IMG/VR virus record: IMGVR_UViG_3300044825_000512
Coordinates: 1 to 60,271 of that record
Strand: one strand, 5' to 3'
DNA length: 60,271 bases
From: a virus
Below are positions 7,844 to 15,314 of this stretch, in pieces; position 1 is the first letter of the stretch; each line of letters opens with the position of its first letter. The notes under the pieces are model-generated. The model saw only the letters and a list, made by a program, of their open reading frames with translations, was not told the DNA's origin and made no database searches. The position numbers were made by a program, and so were the translations under genes.

Positions 7844-8160
7844 TTATTCTTCTTTACACGAACTTGAGAAACTTTGATTCCGTGTTGCTTGGCGTATCTC
7901 CTTTTGGCTTCAGCCAAGACCGCACGATTCTTTTTGGATTGCGCTGTGAGTTCCAAGAAGGCAATCACATTCGCAAAACTTTGAGCAATCTCAATGTTGT
8001 CATCTGAAGCGTAAAGCGCCAACCATTCCGCGGCGTGTTCTAACTGGTGAGCCTCGGGCGCTTGAGGAACGACGACTCCTTCAAGAATCGCAGTTTCAAC
8101 AGTATCGCTATCAGCCGACACTTTGTTGCCGTACTTGTAGTTCTTGTAATCAAGAGCCAT
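7840..8160 (-). CDS. Hypothetical protein
   Basis: ATG at 8160 (MALDYKNYKYGNK...). TAATG-coupled to the 8160..8294 ORF. Confidence 0.7.
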   Translation of the reverse strand: MALDYKNYKYGNKVSADSDTVETAILEGVVVPQAPEAHQLEHAAEWLALYASDDNIEIAQSFANVIAFLELTAQSKKNRAVLAEAKRRYAKQHGIKVSQVRVKKNN

Positions 8161-8294
8161 TATTTCAACCTCGCAATCTTCAAGGCGCTCTGAAATTGTT
8201 TTTCGAAAACAACCGCATAACAAGCCAAGCAAAGTTGTTCAGGAAACATTTCTAACTTTCCAACCACAACACCGCACTTGGAGCATTTCTCCAT
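8160..8294 (-). CDS. Small zinc-ribbon protein (below ORF-track cutoff)
   Basis: Hand-translated 44 aa, MEKCSKCGVVVGKLEMFPEQLCLACYAVVFEKQ.... GAGAGAGGAGG SD. It is the first gene after the leftward promoter. Confidence 0.55.
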   Translation of the reverse strand: MEKCSKCGVVVGKLEMFPEQLCLACYAVVFEKQFQSALKIARLK

Positions 8295-8318
8295 GGGGCG
8301 CCTCCTCTCTCTCGGCTC

Positions 8319-8340
8319 CAGTATACCAAACTGGGGTTAG
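8319..8340 (-). promoter_or_regulatory. Conserved promoter motif, leftward member of a divergent pair
   Basis: The minus strand reads CTAACCCCAGTTTGGTATACTG. Confidence 0.65.
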
Positions 8341-8434
8341 TAATACCAATCAGGATTAGGCTCGAAACCCGTGTCAAATCGTGGCGTGTCGGGTCGGAGT
8401 TGAGCGGGGCTGACTCAATTTTTGGAATCTTTCC

Positions 8435-8454
8435 AAACCCCCGTTTGGTATAAT
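8435..8454 (+). promoter_or_regulatory. Conserved promoter motif, rightward member of a divergent pair
   Basis: AAACCCCCGTTTGGTATAAT, with a TGgTATAAT extended -10 at 8446..8454. The GGGAGG SD and the ATG at 8475 follow. Confidence 0.7.
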
Positions 8455-8474
8455 GGGTCTGAAAGGGAGGAAAT

Positions 8475-9041
8475 ATGCCAAAGGTCAAAGACCAAGCAGG
8501 TCGGCTTTACGCCGCCGAAGAACTATCGGGCATCAAGTACGGCGAAGCCCTCACACTCAAAGAGTGTCAGAAATTCGTAGATAAGATTATTGCTCGAAAA
8601 TATGTAATCGATAAATACGGCATACAGGCACAGCGCCCGATTCTCGTTCTCGATGGTCGAGGTCGCCGAAAGGCTTGCGCTACTTTCTATTATGGAAAGC
8701 GAGCAATCAAATTACCGAAATGGGCTAGAGGAAAATATGTGATTCTTCATGAGGTCGCTCATCATCTGACAGACCTCAACGGACACAGAGCAGAGTTCGC
8801 ATCCTGTCTACTCGATTTAGTTCGACACTTCCTCGGACAAGAATCTGCCGATGCGCTTCAAGGTGCCTACCACCTCAAAGGTGTCAAGGTCATTGGAAAG
8901 AATGGAGCAGTCAAAGCCCGATGCCCACAATCAAGAAAAGATTGGGTAGCGCAGAAAAAAGAATCCGAGAGAATCAGGAAACAATTACAAGCAGTTGAGT
9001 CTTATCCTGATTTAGATAAATTAGTTGGGAGAAGCGCGTAG
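8475..9041 (+). CDS. HExxH zinc metallopeptidase (SprT-like / actinobacterial TIGR04338-like)
   Basis: 188 aa. AIKLPKWARGKYVILHEVAHHL carries the HExxH motif in the context I recall for the TIGR04338 family. Confidence 0.7.
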   Translation: MPKVKDQAGRLYAAEELSGIKYGEALTLKECQKFVDKIIARKYVIDKYGIQAQRPILVLDGRGRRKACATFYYGKRAIKLPKWARGKYVILHEVAHHLTDLNGHRAEFASCLLDLVRHFLGQESADALQGAYHLKGVKVIGKNGAVKARCPQSRKDWVAQKKESERIRKQLQAVESYPDLDKLVGRSA

Positions 9042-9055
9042 GTTAGACTTGGAGA

Positions 9056-9352
9056 GTGAAAAAACTCCAAGATATTTTGACTCGCATGGTTGCCGTCTTT
9101 ACAGTCGGCGCACTCGGCACCCTCGGTGCTGGTGCGGTCATGGGAGTTGAAACATGGGTCGCCTTATCGATGGCTGGATTGCTGGCAGTCGCATCCGTGG
9201 CAGAACGATTGGCTCGAGAATATCTCGATGATGGAAAACTAACTCTTGATGAAATCAATGGAGCGTTCAGTCCATTCGCAAAATCAGAAGAGGCTAGTCC
9301 TCTTTCTTCTCCCGACGAAGAGGATAAGTCAAAGCCCAAACGCCGAGCGTAG
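9056..9352 (+). CDS. Putative membrane protein
   Basis: 98 aa with two hydrophobic segments (VAVFTVGALGTLGAGAVMGV, WVALSMAGLLAVASV). The start (GTG at 9056) has poor SD spacing. The tail overlaps the convergent gene 9294..9467. Confidence 0.45.
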   Translation: MKKLQDILTRMVAVFTVGALGTLGAGAVMGVETWVALSMAGLLAVASVAERLAREYLDDGKLTLDEINGAFSPFAKSEEASPLSSPDEEDKSKPKRRA

Positions 9353-9467
9353 CCAAAATCGCGTAGCCGACAATTCCTTTCGCAGTTCCATCTAAAACAA
9401 TCCAAGCAACGAACATTCCAAGTAATGTCCAAAGTTGCCCAATCATGTCATTGATAAAGTTCTTCAC
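9294..9467 (-). CDS. Small two-TM membrane protein coupled to the secreted lectin protein
   Basis: Hand-translated: GTG overlapping the TAG of 9467..11650 (TAGTG), with AGGAGA 5 nt upstream. Product is ...MIGQLWTLLGMFVAWIVLDGTAKGIVGYAILATLGVWALTYPLRREKKED. Confidence 0.55.
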   Translation of the reverse strand: MKNFINDMIGQLWTLLGMFVAWIVLDGTAKGIVGYAILATLGVWALTYPLRREKKED

Positions 9468-11650
9468 TAAGGTCTCCTATATCCAGCACCGCCGATAGCG
9501 ACGGAAGCCATTGTAGTTGTTGCGATATTGCCAACGATTGTCGCGGCAATAATTGTTTTCGTTGCTTCTTCTCTTTCTTCAGGTGACATATCGGCACCGA
9601 GATTTCCAAGAGCAAAAATAAGTTGAGCAGGTGATTCGAATATCGCGCTGATAATTTCTGCTGGTGATGCGAGAAGTTCTAAAGCATCGGCAATCTCAGC
9701 GGTGATGATGACAGGGTTTCCATCTTCATCGGTTCGAACATCAACAGGGGTCTCGGCTGGAAGGTCGGCGAAATCAAGACCCGCTTCAATGAGTGCCGAG
9801 GCTGGCACCGCTTCCGCATCCGCGAATTGAGCAACAATCGCAGTCGCAATTATCTCGCGCTCCTCATCGTCGAGTTTTCCATCCGCTTTCGCAGATTCAA
9901 CAACAGAGGCAACTTCATCGGCTGTGACAGTTCCATCTTGTAAGATATCTTTTATTATTTCAGAGGGAGATTCTTCAGATGTCGGTTGTGGTTCAGGTGT
10001 TTGATTTGTCGGGTCAGTTTCCGTTGGGCTTTCAGAGGGTTGAGGCTCAGGTTCTTGAGAAGGCTCAGGAGTTGGCGTTGGCTCAGGGTCGGGAGAAGGT
10101 GACTCTTCAGGACTTGGACTTGGCTCAGGTTCAGGGGACGGAGTGGGAGTGGGTTCAGGTTCAGGACTTGGTTCAGGAGAAGGCTCAGGTGAAGGTTCAG
10201 GAGTTGGCTCGGGAGTCGGCTCTACCGAAGGGCTATCGCTTGGACTCGGAGCAGGGGTTGGTTCGGGACTTTGAATCGGCTCAGGTGACTGAGATGGAGT
10301 TGGGGTAGGCGATGGCGAAGGTGTGGGTTCAGTTGTGGACGGCTCAGGTTGCGGGGTCGGTTCAGGTTGAGGAATCGGAGTTGGCGAAGGTTGAGGGCTT
10401 GGCGAAGGTGAAGCCGTTGGTTCCGATGTTGGTTGAGGTTCAGGAGAAGGAGTGGAAGTTGGTTCCGACGGTGTTGGTGAAGGAGTCACCGTTGGTTCAG
10501 GTGTCGGGGTTGGTGTCGGAGTCGGCGACGGCTCAGGAGTTGGCTCGGGCTGAGGAGTTACTTGAGGTGTTGGAGCCGTGGAAGGACTAGCATCACCATA
10601 TTCAAGAATTACTTGAAGTCGCTTTACGATTCCACCGCAAGGGTCACCGAAGATTGCGTTGCTTGCTTGAATGACCGCATTATTTTGACCAAGGAAAATC
10701 TCGGAAACTTTTTGGATTGAACTTACAGCATGACATTGAGCATTGATTACAAAGTTCTCAGGTAATCCGTAACTAGCAAAAAATACATTGGTAAAAACTT
10801 TTCCAATCGGCGCAACAAGATTCAAAGATTCATTTTCGTTTGCCGTACCATTCACACTATTCGAAGGAGGTTGTGATGAATTGGACGGATTGGTTGTTGC
10901 TGTTGGGCTTTCTGATGGGGTGGGCTGTGGGCTTGATTCAGGGGTCGGCGAACTTGAAGGCGCGGGTTCAGTTGGCGATTGAGATGGAGTCGGCTCGGGT
11001 GATGGAGAGGATGAATCTGTTGGAGTCGGAGTTGCGGTGGACGAAGGCGACGGTGAAGGCTCGGGACTTGGACTTGGAGAGGGTTCGGGAGAAACAGTCG
11101 GAGTGGGCGAAGGAGAAGATTCAGGAGTTGGTGTCGGAGAAGCAATCACAGTCGGAGTATCAGATGTCGGAGACGCAGAAGGCTCAGGCGTTGGCGAAGG
11201 GGTGGGGGTGGGTGTTGGGGCAGGAGCAGGAGAACTCACCGAAACAGTAAAGACTGGTCCGTACCATCCAGCCCAAAAACCATTATCGATTCCCGATACA
11301 GAAATTGTTACTTGACCCGAAGCAACAGCGCTCACGCTGGTCTGCTCAATCGCATTGCCACTAAAACTTTGACCATTGATTGAAACGCTCCAGTTATCAG
11401 CAATCGGAGTACAACTACCAATACAGTTGGCGATAGTGTTATTGATTGCCACCGTTACAGTCGAGCCGTCGCTCACGGTTTTCACATAGGAAGCGCTACC
11501 GCCTCGGTAATCGAATTGAATCGAATCTCCCGAGACATTGCCATTGACCACGGATTCCCAAGACCCGCTGGCGCTCGCCGAATCGGACATGGGTAGGAGC
11601 GTCCACCCAAAGGCTAGGACGCAAACGGTCAAAACACGAAAAAGACGCAA
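9467..11650 (-). CDS. Secreted/cell-surface protein: signal peptide, beta-rich domain, PT/PS/PE linkers, SUEL-type (rhamnose/galactose) lectin domain, C-terminal hydrophobic anchor
   Basis: 727 aa with a TTG start. Signal peptide RLFRVLTVCVLAFGWTLLPMSDSASA. Lectin signature FASYG...C...SNAIFGDPCGGIVKRLQVILEY. C-terminus IIAATIVGNIATTTMASVAIGGAGYRRP. Confidence 0.85.
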   Translation of the reverse strand: MRLFRVLTVCVLAFGWTLLPMSDSASASGSWESVVNGNVSGDSIQFDYRGGSASYVKTVSDGSTVTVAINNTIANCIGSCTPIADNWSVSINGQSFSGNAIEQTSVSAVASGQVTISVSGIDNGFWAGWYGPVFTVSVSSPAPAPTPTPTPSPTPEPSASPTSDTPTVIASPTPTPESSPSPTPTVSPEPSPSPSPEPSPSPSSTATPTPTDSSSPSPEPTPSQSPTEPAPSSSPTPESSPQPTPSESPTATTNPSNSSQPPSNSVNGTANENESLNLVAPIGKVFTNVFFASYGLPENFVINAQCHAVSSIQKVSEIFLGQNNAVIQASNAIFGDPCGGIVKRLQVILEYGDASPSTAPTPQVTPQPEPTPEPSPTPTPTPTPEPTVTPSPTPSEPTSTPSPEPQPTSEPTASPSPSPQPSPTPIPQPEPTPQPEPSTTEPTPSPSPTPTPSQSPEPIQSPEPTPAPSPSDSPSVEPTPEPTPEPSPEPSPEPSPEPEPTPTPSPEPEPSPSPEESPSPDPEPTPTPEPSQEPEPQPSESPTETDPTNQTPEPQPTSEESPSEIIKDILQDGTVTADEVASVVESAKADGKLDDEEREIIATAIVAQFADAEAVPASALIEAGLDFADLPAETPVDVRTDEDGNPVIITAEIADALELLASPAEIISAIFESPAQLIFALGNLGADMSPEEREEATKTIIAATIVGNIATTTMASVAIGGAGYRRP
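9962..10594 (-). repeat. Pro/Thr/Ser/Glu-rich low-complexity coding repeat (linker 2)
   Basis: About 210 residues of (P-[TSE])n after the lectin domain. Degenerate 6-12 nt periodicity (ggttcagg/ggctcagg). Confidence 0.85.
10856..11233 (-). repeat. Pro/Thr/Ser-rich low-complexity coding repeat (linker 1)
   Basis: About 125 residues of PAPAPTPTPTPSPTPEPS... between the N-terminal domain and the lectin domain. Confidence 0.85.
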
Positions 11651-11715
11651 AGGCGACGAATCTCCCGAACGGGGTCACCTAGGACACGATTGGACTAATT
11701 GTACCTTTTCCCAAT

Positions 11716-11737
11716 TTGATGCTAAACTGGGGTTGTA
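11716..11737 (-). promoter_or_regulatory. Conserved promoter motif variant (AACCCCAGTTTAGCA) in a divergent intergenic region
   Basis: The minus strand reads ACAACCCCAGTTTAGCATCAA, the same core as 51173..51194. The plus strand also offers TAAACT upstream of the ATG at 11756. Confidence 0.45.
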
Positions 11738-11755
11738 AATACGAGAGGAGTCAAG

Positions 11756-12553
11756 ATGGCAGTCACAAAAGAGTTCGCAGTCAAGATTGATACCGAACTA
11801 TCTGCTCTTTATGACAAGCGCTGGAGTTTACGAAATGAATTAGAAAGCGCTAAGGATACAAAAGAGTTTTACGAGAAACACTATCCAAACAGAATTGAAG
11901 AAATCGCAAAGTACGAAAACAAGATTGAAGTTATCGCAGGAAAAATCCGCGAGGTGTATTTCGAGATTTGTAAGTTAGACGAAATCTATGACCAAGACCC
12001 TTGGACAAGAGCGTTCTTGGTAATCAATAGCAATGGTCATGTTCACAGTTCGATGGATTGCTCGACTTGCTTCGCAACTACCCGCTATCAATGGTTAGTT
12101 CAATACAGCAATGACGATGAGAAAACAATCGTCGAGGATGCTGGTCAAGACGCTTGTACGATTTGTTACCCAAGCGCTCCAGCGGAAGTCTTGAATCGCC
12201 CAAGCCGAATCGTTACCGCTGACAAGATTGCCAAGGCTAAAGTCAAAGAAGAGCGCGAGGCTAAGAAGGCAGAACGAATCGCCAAGGAAAAGGCAAACGC
12301 TCCAACAAAGAGCGGTGAGTTCCTTTACTTCAAAGACGGAAAATACACACAGGTCATCAAGACAGAGCGCACCGCAGTTAGCGAATGGCTCAATAATCAA
12401 TACTGGATTTTGAATTCCAGTAACCCTGAATCACAAGAATCCAAGAAACAAATCAATCAAATTATCTGCCAATCACTTGCCGAGAAGCATGGCGTGTCAT
12501 TTGACCAGCAGTTGAAAATACTGGAGAATAAGGCTAAGAAGAGGAGGGACTAA
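11756..12553 (+). CDS. Hypothetical protein (coiled-coil N-terminus, Cys cluster NGHVHSSMDCSTC...CTICYP)
   Basis: 265-aa ORF with a GAGAGGAG SD. Confidence 0.8.
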   Translation: MAVTKEFAVKIDTELSALYDKRWSLRNELESAKDTKEFYEKHYPNRIEEIAKYENKIEVIAGKIREVYFEICKLDEIYDQDPWTRAFLVINSNGHVHSSMDCSTCFATTRYQWLVQYSNDDEKTIVEDAGQDACTICYPSAPAEVLNRPSRIVTADKIAKAKVKEEREAKKAERIAKEKANAPTKSGEFLYFKDGKYTQVIKTERTAVSEWLNNQYWILNSSNPESQESKKQINQIICQSLAEKHGVSFDQQLKILENKAKKRRD

Positions 12554-13180
12554 ATGGAACTACCTGAGTTAGCAAAACTCATGGGTCAAGAACTTCATGA
12601 TGACCTCAAGCCTTATGTCGAGGAATCCTCATTCGGTTTGATGCTCCGTCACCCATTGGTTTATCAAGTACCGCTAGGAATTAGTGGCTACGCCAATTTG
12701 TACTACGAGCAGAAACTCAAGGATGTTGGCAAAGCGATTGAATCAGGAAACTTCGAAAGTTATGTGTGGCTACATGAGCGCCCATATCGACTCGAGGCTT
12801 TTGGAAAGATTGCTGATTCTCTTGATGACAAGCAATACTGGACATTGCTAGGAAAGATTTGGGTTGATACTGAGAACGGTTGGGCGAATCTTGCTCAATG
12901 GAAAAAGTTCTTTGGCTCAACAAGAGCCGATAGAAATTATTTGATGGATTCTGAAGAACTGATGGTTTTAGACAATCTGCCTCAGACCGTCACGGTTTAT
13001 CGAGGATGCCAAAAGGGACTGAATGAAAACGGAATCTCTTGGACTCTTGAAAAGGATAGGGCTGAATGGTTTGCGACACGATTTGGCAAAGAGGGCAAGG
13101 TTCTTGAAATGAGAATCAACAAGAGCAAAATTGTCGCTGTATTTACTGGACGGAATGAATCGGAGGTGGTGATTGTATGA
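12554..13180 (+). CDS. Hypothetical protein; C-terminal region has an R-S-ExE pattern suggestive of an ADP-ribosyltransferase
   Basis: 208 aa. The motifs occur in order in the last 65 residues: TVYRG, then GISWTLEKDRAEWFA, then GRNESEVVIV. Confidence 0.75.
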   Translation: MELPELAKLMGQELHDDLKPYVEESSFGLMLRHPLVYQVPLGISGYANLYYEQKLKDVGKAIESGNFESYVWLHERPYRLEAFGKIADSLDDKQYWTLLGKIWVDTENGWANLAQWKKFFGSTRADRNYLMDSEELMVLDNLPQTVTVYRGCQKGLNENGISWTLEKDRAEWFATRFGKEGKVLEMRINKSKIVAVFTGRNESEVVIV

Positions 13181-13314
13181 AGTGTTTTACTTGCGGAAGT
13201 GAATTCAGAATTACCTTTGTCAAAGGTAAGCCGTATTGCTTTCAATGTGAGATTGATGCCTCATTTGAAGCGTATGGATTAGTCAGACCAATCAGGAAAG
13301 AGAGGGCATCGTGA
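13177..13314 (+). CDS. Small zinc-ribbon protein (below ORF-track cutoff)
   Basis: Hand-translated 45 aa, MKCFTCGSEFRITFVKGKPYCFQCEIDA.... ATGA overlap with 12554..13180 and a GGAGGTGG SD. Confidence 0.55.
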   Translation: MKCFTCGSEFRITFVKGKPYCFQCEIDASFEAYGLVRPIRKERAS

Positions 13315-13478
13315 ATCAAGAACTAGGGATGATTGAAAACTATCTTCTCAAGAAGGGAGTCCGCTTGACCCCCAAAGGTCGAAAGTGGGCTGACAACGCC
13401 GAGGGAATCGCCTTCGCACTATTTATCCTCCTTGCTTTTGGCATTGTAGGGTCAATAGAGAGCGGAAAGTGGTTCTAG
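13311..13478 (+). CDS. Small membrane protein (below ORF-track cutoff)
   Basis: GTG overlapping the TGA stop, with a GAGAGGG SD. 55 aa with a C-terminal TM segment, IAFALFILLAFGIVGSI. Confidence 0.5.
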   Translation: MNQELGMIENYLLKKGVRLTPKGRKWADNAEGIAFALFILLAFGIVGSIESGKWF

Positions 13479-13611
13479 TGATACTCCTACCATGGATGAA
13501 GCGGAAAAGGGCGCTACGGGTCTCTCAAGGCTCGTTGAGGGCTATCAAAAGAGCCGAGCGTGAGAAGGCGCTCGCTTTGGAATCAGACACGCTTAGGGCT
13601 AGGTTGAATTC

Positions 13612-13632
13612 CCAACCATAGTTTGATATACT
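13612..13632 (+). promoter_or_regulatory. Conserved phage promoter/operator motif
   Basis: CCAACCATAGTTTGATATACT, followed by the leader ggtcttgttcttGAGAGGAGGacac and the ATG at 13658. Confidence 0.65.
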
Positions 13633-13657
13633 GGTCTTGTTCTTGAGAGGAGGACAC

Positions 13658-14071
13658 ATGACTCAAGTGGTCGAAAAGAAAAAGACTCTTGGCAAGCGTG
13701 AGTGCGCTCGCATTTACAAAGAGGCTTATGAGGCTGGCATCATCGCTGGCAAAAACGCAATTCCAACTCCAATGATTGTTGGAGAACCTACGACTCCACT
13801 TGGCAACGATATAGATTTCAAGAAGCAAACCTATTTCGTTTCTGAGGGTGCTTGCGGATTCGCTTGGATAAACATTTCTCCAGCGAGAGGTGCTTTCGTG
13901 AATTATCTAAAGAGCATCAACGCTGGACACAAAGGTTATTACGGCGGTTATGAAGTTTGGGTTCGAGAGTTCGGACAGAGCATAACTCGCAAAGAGGCTT
14001 TTGCTGGTGCGTTCGCTAAGGTTCTAAATAGTTACGGAATCAGCGCGAGCGCTGGAAGTAGGTTGGACTAA
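13658..14071 (+). CDS. Hypothetical protein
   Basis: ATG at 13658 (MTQVVEKKKTLGKRE...) directly after GAGAGGAGG. 137 aa. Confidence 0.8.
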   Translation: MTQVVEKKKTLGKRECARIYKEAYEAGIIAGKNAIPTPMIVGEPTTPLGNDIDFKKQTYFVSEGACGFAWINISPARGAFVNYLKSINAGHKGYYGGYEVWVREFGQSITRKEAFAGAFAKVLNSYGISASAGSRLD

Positions 14072-14074
14072 GAA

Positions 14075-14310
14075 TTCAGTCACCGACATCGACTCTCTTC
14101 CGTTGAGGACATGAGACCCGTCGGTGATTGAACAATCGCTCCACGAATCTCTTCTTAGGTTCGTGGGGCGTCACACATATCCCACTTTCCAACCTTTCAA
14201 AGATATGTGTGTGCGGTATCCTTTACGCGGGTACCCAAGTTCGGTGGGGTTGATGCCAGTTGCGCGTCCGTCCTCTCTCTAGCGCGATGTAAGTGCGCCC
14301 CCACCGAGCG
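14075..14310 (+). ncRNA. Structured GC-rich noncoding element (candidate riboswitch/leader RNA, possibly ydaO/c-di-AMP-like)
   Basis: Four consecutive stems: 14080-87/14120-27, 14137-47/14160-70, 14172-80/14203-11 and 14241-49/14299-307. Strings GCGGGUACCCAAG and GGUGGGGUUGAUGCC. It lies in the only gap of about 400 nt in the genome. Confidence 0.45.
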
Positions 14311-14322
14311 CCCCAAATATCC

Positions 14323-14353
14323 TTGACATTCATTCATCTTGATGATGTACCCT
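14323..14353 (+). promoter_or_regulatory. Sigma70-like promoter TTGACA-N19-TACCCT
   Basis: A perfect TTGACA at 14323..14328. The same TTGACA...GTACCCT arrangement occurs at 51165..51194. Confidence 0.4.
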
Positions 14354-14468
14354 AAAACTAAGGTTCGCAAAACACCTTATTTTCAAAAGCGGTGTCAGTC
14401 CGATACTGACAACATAGAAGTGCCGAAGCCATCGGTAACAAAATGTCCGCTCCGACAATCGGAGGAAT

Positions 14469-14924
14469 ATGCGATTCTATGAAAAACTTCGTCAGCCCAT
14501 TCCAGCCATCATTCTCGTTGCTGGAATCATCATTCTCAATCCATTTCATATCCCACCTGACCCAATAGCAAAAGCGGAAGAGATTCCAGTAATCAAACCC
14601 GTTTACATTGACCGCACTCCTGAAGCGGCAAAAGATTTTGCTCAAAAGCGCTTAGACGCTTATGGTTGGGATACACCTGCTCAATGGCAATGCCTTGAGT
14701 CGCTATGGACTAAAGAATCTAATTGGCGCCCTAATGCCTACAATAAAAAACCCGTTTATCAGAATGGAGAAAAACTTCATGCTGGTGGGATTCCTCAGAT
14801 ACTAGGGCTTGACCCCGATATAACTGTGGAGGCTCAGATTGAACGCGGTCTCATCTATATCGAAAGTCGCTACTCAAATCCATGCTCGGCGTGGCGCTTT
14901 TGGGAAAGAAATTTTTGGTACTAA
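14469..14924 (+). CDS. Membrane-anchored lysozyme-like / lytic transglycosylase (SLT-like) protein
   Basis: 151 aa. N-terminal TM segment PIPAIILVAGIIILNPF. Motif LWTKESNWRPNAYN...HAGGIPQ (Glu-Ser catalytic motif and GIPQ). Confidence 0.75.
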   Translation: MRFYEKLRQPIPAIILVAGIIILNPFHIPPDPIAKAEEIPVIKPVYIDRTPEAAKDFAQKRLDAYGWDTPAQWQCLESLWTKESNWRPNAYNKKPVYQNGEKLHAGGIPQILGLDPDITVEAQIERGLIYIESRYSNPCSAWRFWERNFWY

Positions 14925-14933
14925 CCTTCCCGA

Positions 14934-15203
14934 ATGGGAAATCAGGAAGAGCATAAAAAACCTTCAGTAATAGACGATGCGCTCGCCGAAATCGGGCGCA
15001 TCGCCTTTGTTGAACCAGCAATTTGTACAGGGTGGGTTCTTGTATCAGAATGGATGGGCGAGGGCGATAAGGATTACTGGACGCTAACTCTCGCCGATGA
15101 CCAAAATCCTGATTGGCGTCATCTTGGATTAGTTCATCACGGATTGAAAAATTGGGAGGGCAATGATGATGTCGGACTCAGAGACAAACCGACCAATGAA
15201 TGA
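14934..15203 (+). CDS. Hypothetical protein
   Basis: 89-aa ORF on the same strand as the surrounding operon. Confidence 0.65.
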   Translation: MGNQEEHKKPSVIDDALAEIGRIAFVEPAICTGWVLVSEWMGEGDKDYWTLTLADDQNPDWRHLGLVHHGLKNWEGNDDVGLRDKPTNE

Positions 15204-15297
15204 CAAAGAAAGAATCGATTTACTCAACAAACTTATCCGCGAGCGCTTTGGTGATTGGGCGACACGCAAAGACACAATCAAAGATTCTGAGAAATAA
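15163..15297 (+). CDS. Small hypothetical protein (below ORF-track cutoff)
   Basis: GGGAGGG SD, then ATG at 15163. 44 aa, MMMSDSETNRPMNDKERIDLLNKLIRERFGDW.... Confidence 0.4.
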   Translation: MMMSDSETNRPMNDKERIDLLNKLIRERFGDWATRKDTIKDSEK

Positions 15298-15314
15298 AGC
15301 GATAAAATTTCAAC

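Noticed and set aside
8252-8488. 78-aa minus-strand ORF spanning the divergent promoter region
   Set aside because: It would run through both promoter motifs and across the start of the 8475 gene. A better small ORF (8160..8294) with a strong SD explains the leftward transcript.
9043-9432. 129-aa minus-strand ORF between the metallopeptidase and the lectin gene
   Set aside because: Cys/Arg/Ser-rich, implausible composition. The region is better covered by the plus-strand membrane ORF (9056..9352) and the coupled small minus-strand membrane ORF (9294..9467).
9979-11315. Six plus-strand ORFs (9979..10308, 10312..10590, 10788..10982, 10840..11250, 11037..11315) and one alternative-frame minus-strand ORF (10852..11145), all overlapping the PT-rich gene
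   Set aside because: They lie within the Pro/Thr/Ser/Glu low-complexity coding repeats. Their translations are Gly/Val/Glu or Leu/Arg/Pro repeats with no starts supported by an SD. The minus-strand ORF 9467..11650 has a signal peptide and a recognisable lectin domain.
14072-14468. Searched this gap, and other intergenic regions, for a tRNA or tmRNA
   Set aside because: No cloverleaf with a GTTCGAAT-type T-loop and matching acceptor stem could be drawn by eye. ggttcgtgg at 14158 is part of a simple long hairpin. tRNAscan-SE or ARAGORN should still be run.
14358-14645. 95-aa minus-strand ORF overlapping the structured leader and the start of 14469..14924
   Set aside because: It is antisense to the TM anchor of the lysozyme-like gene, has no SD, and the region is better explained as a noncoding leader.
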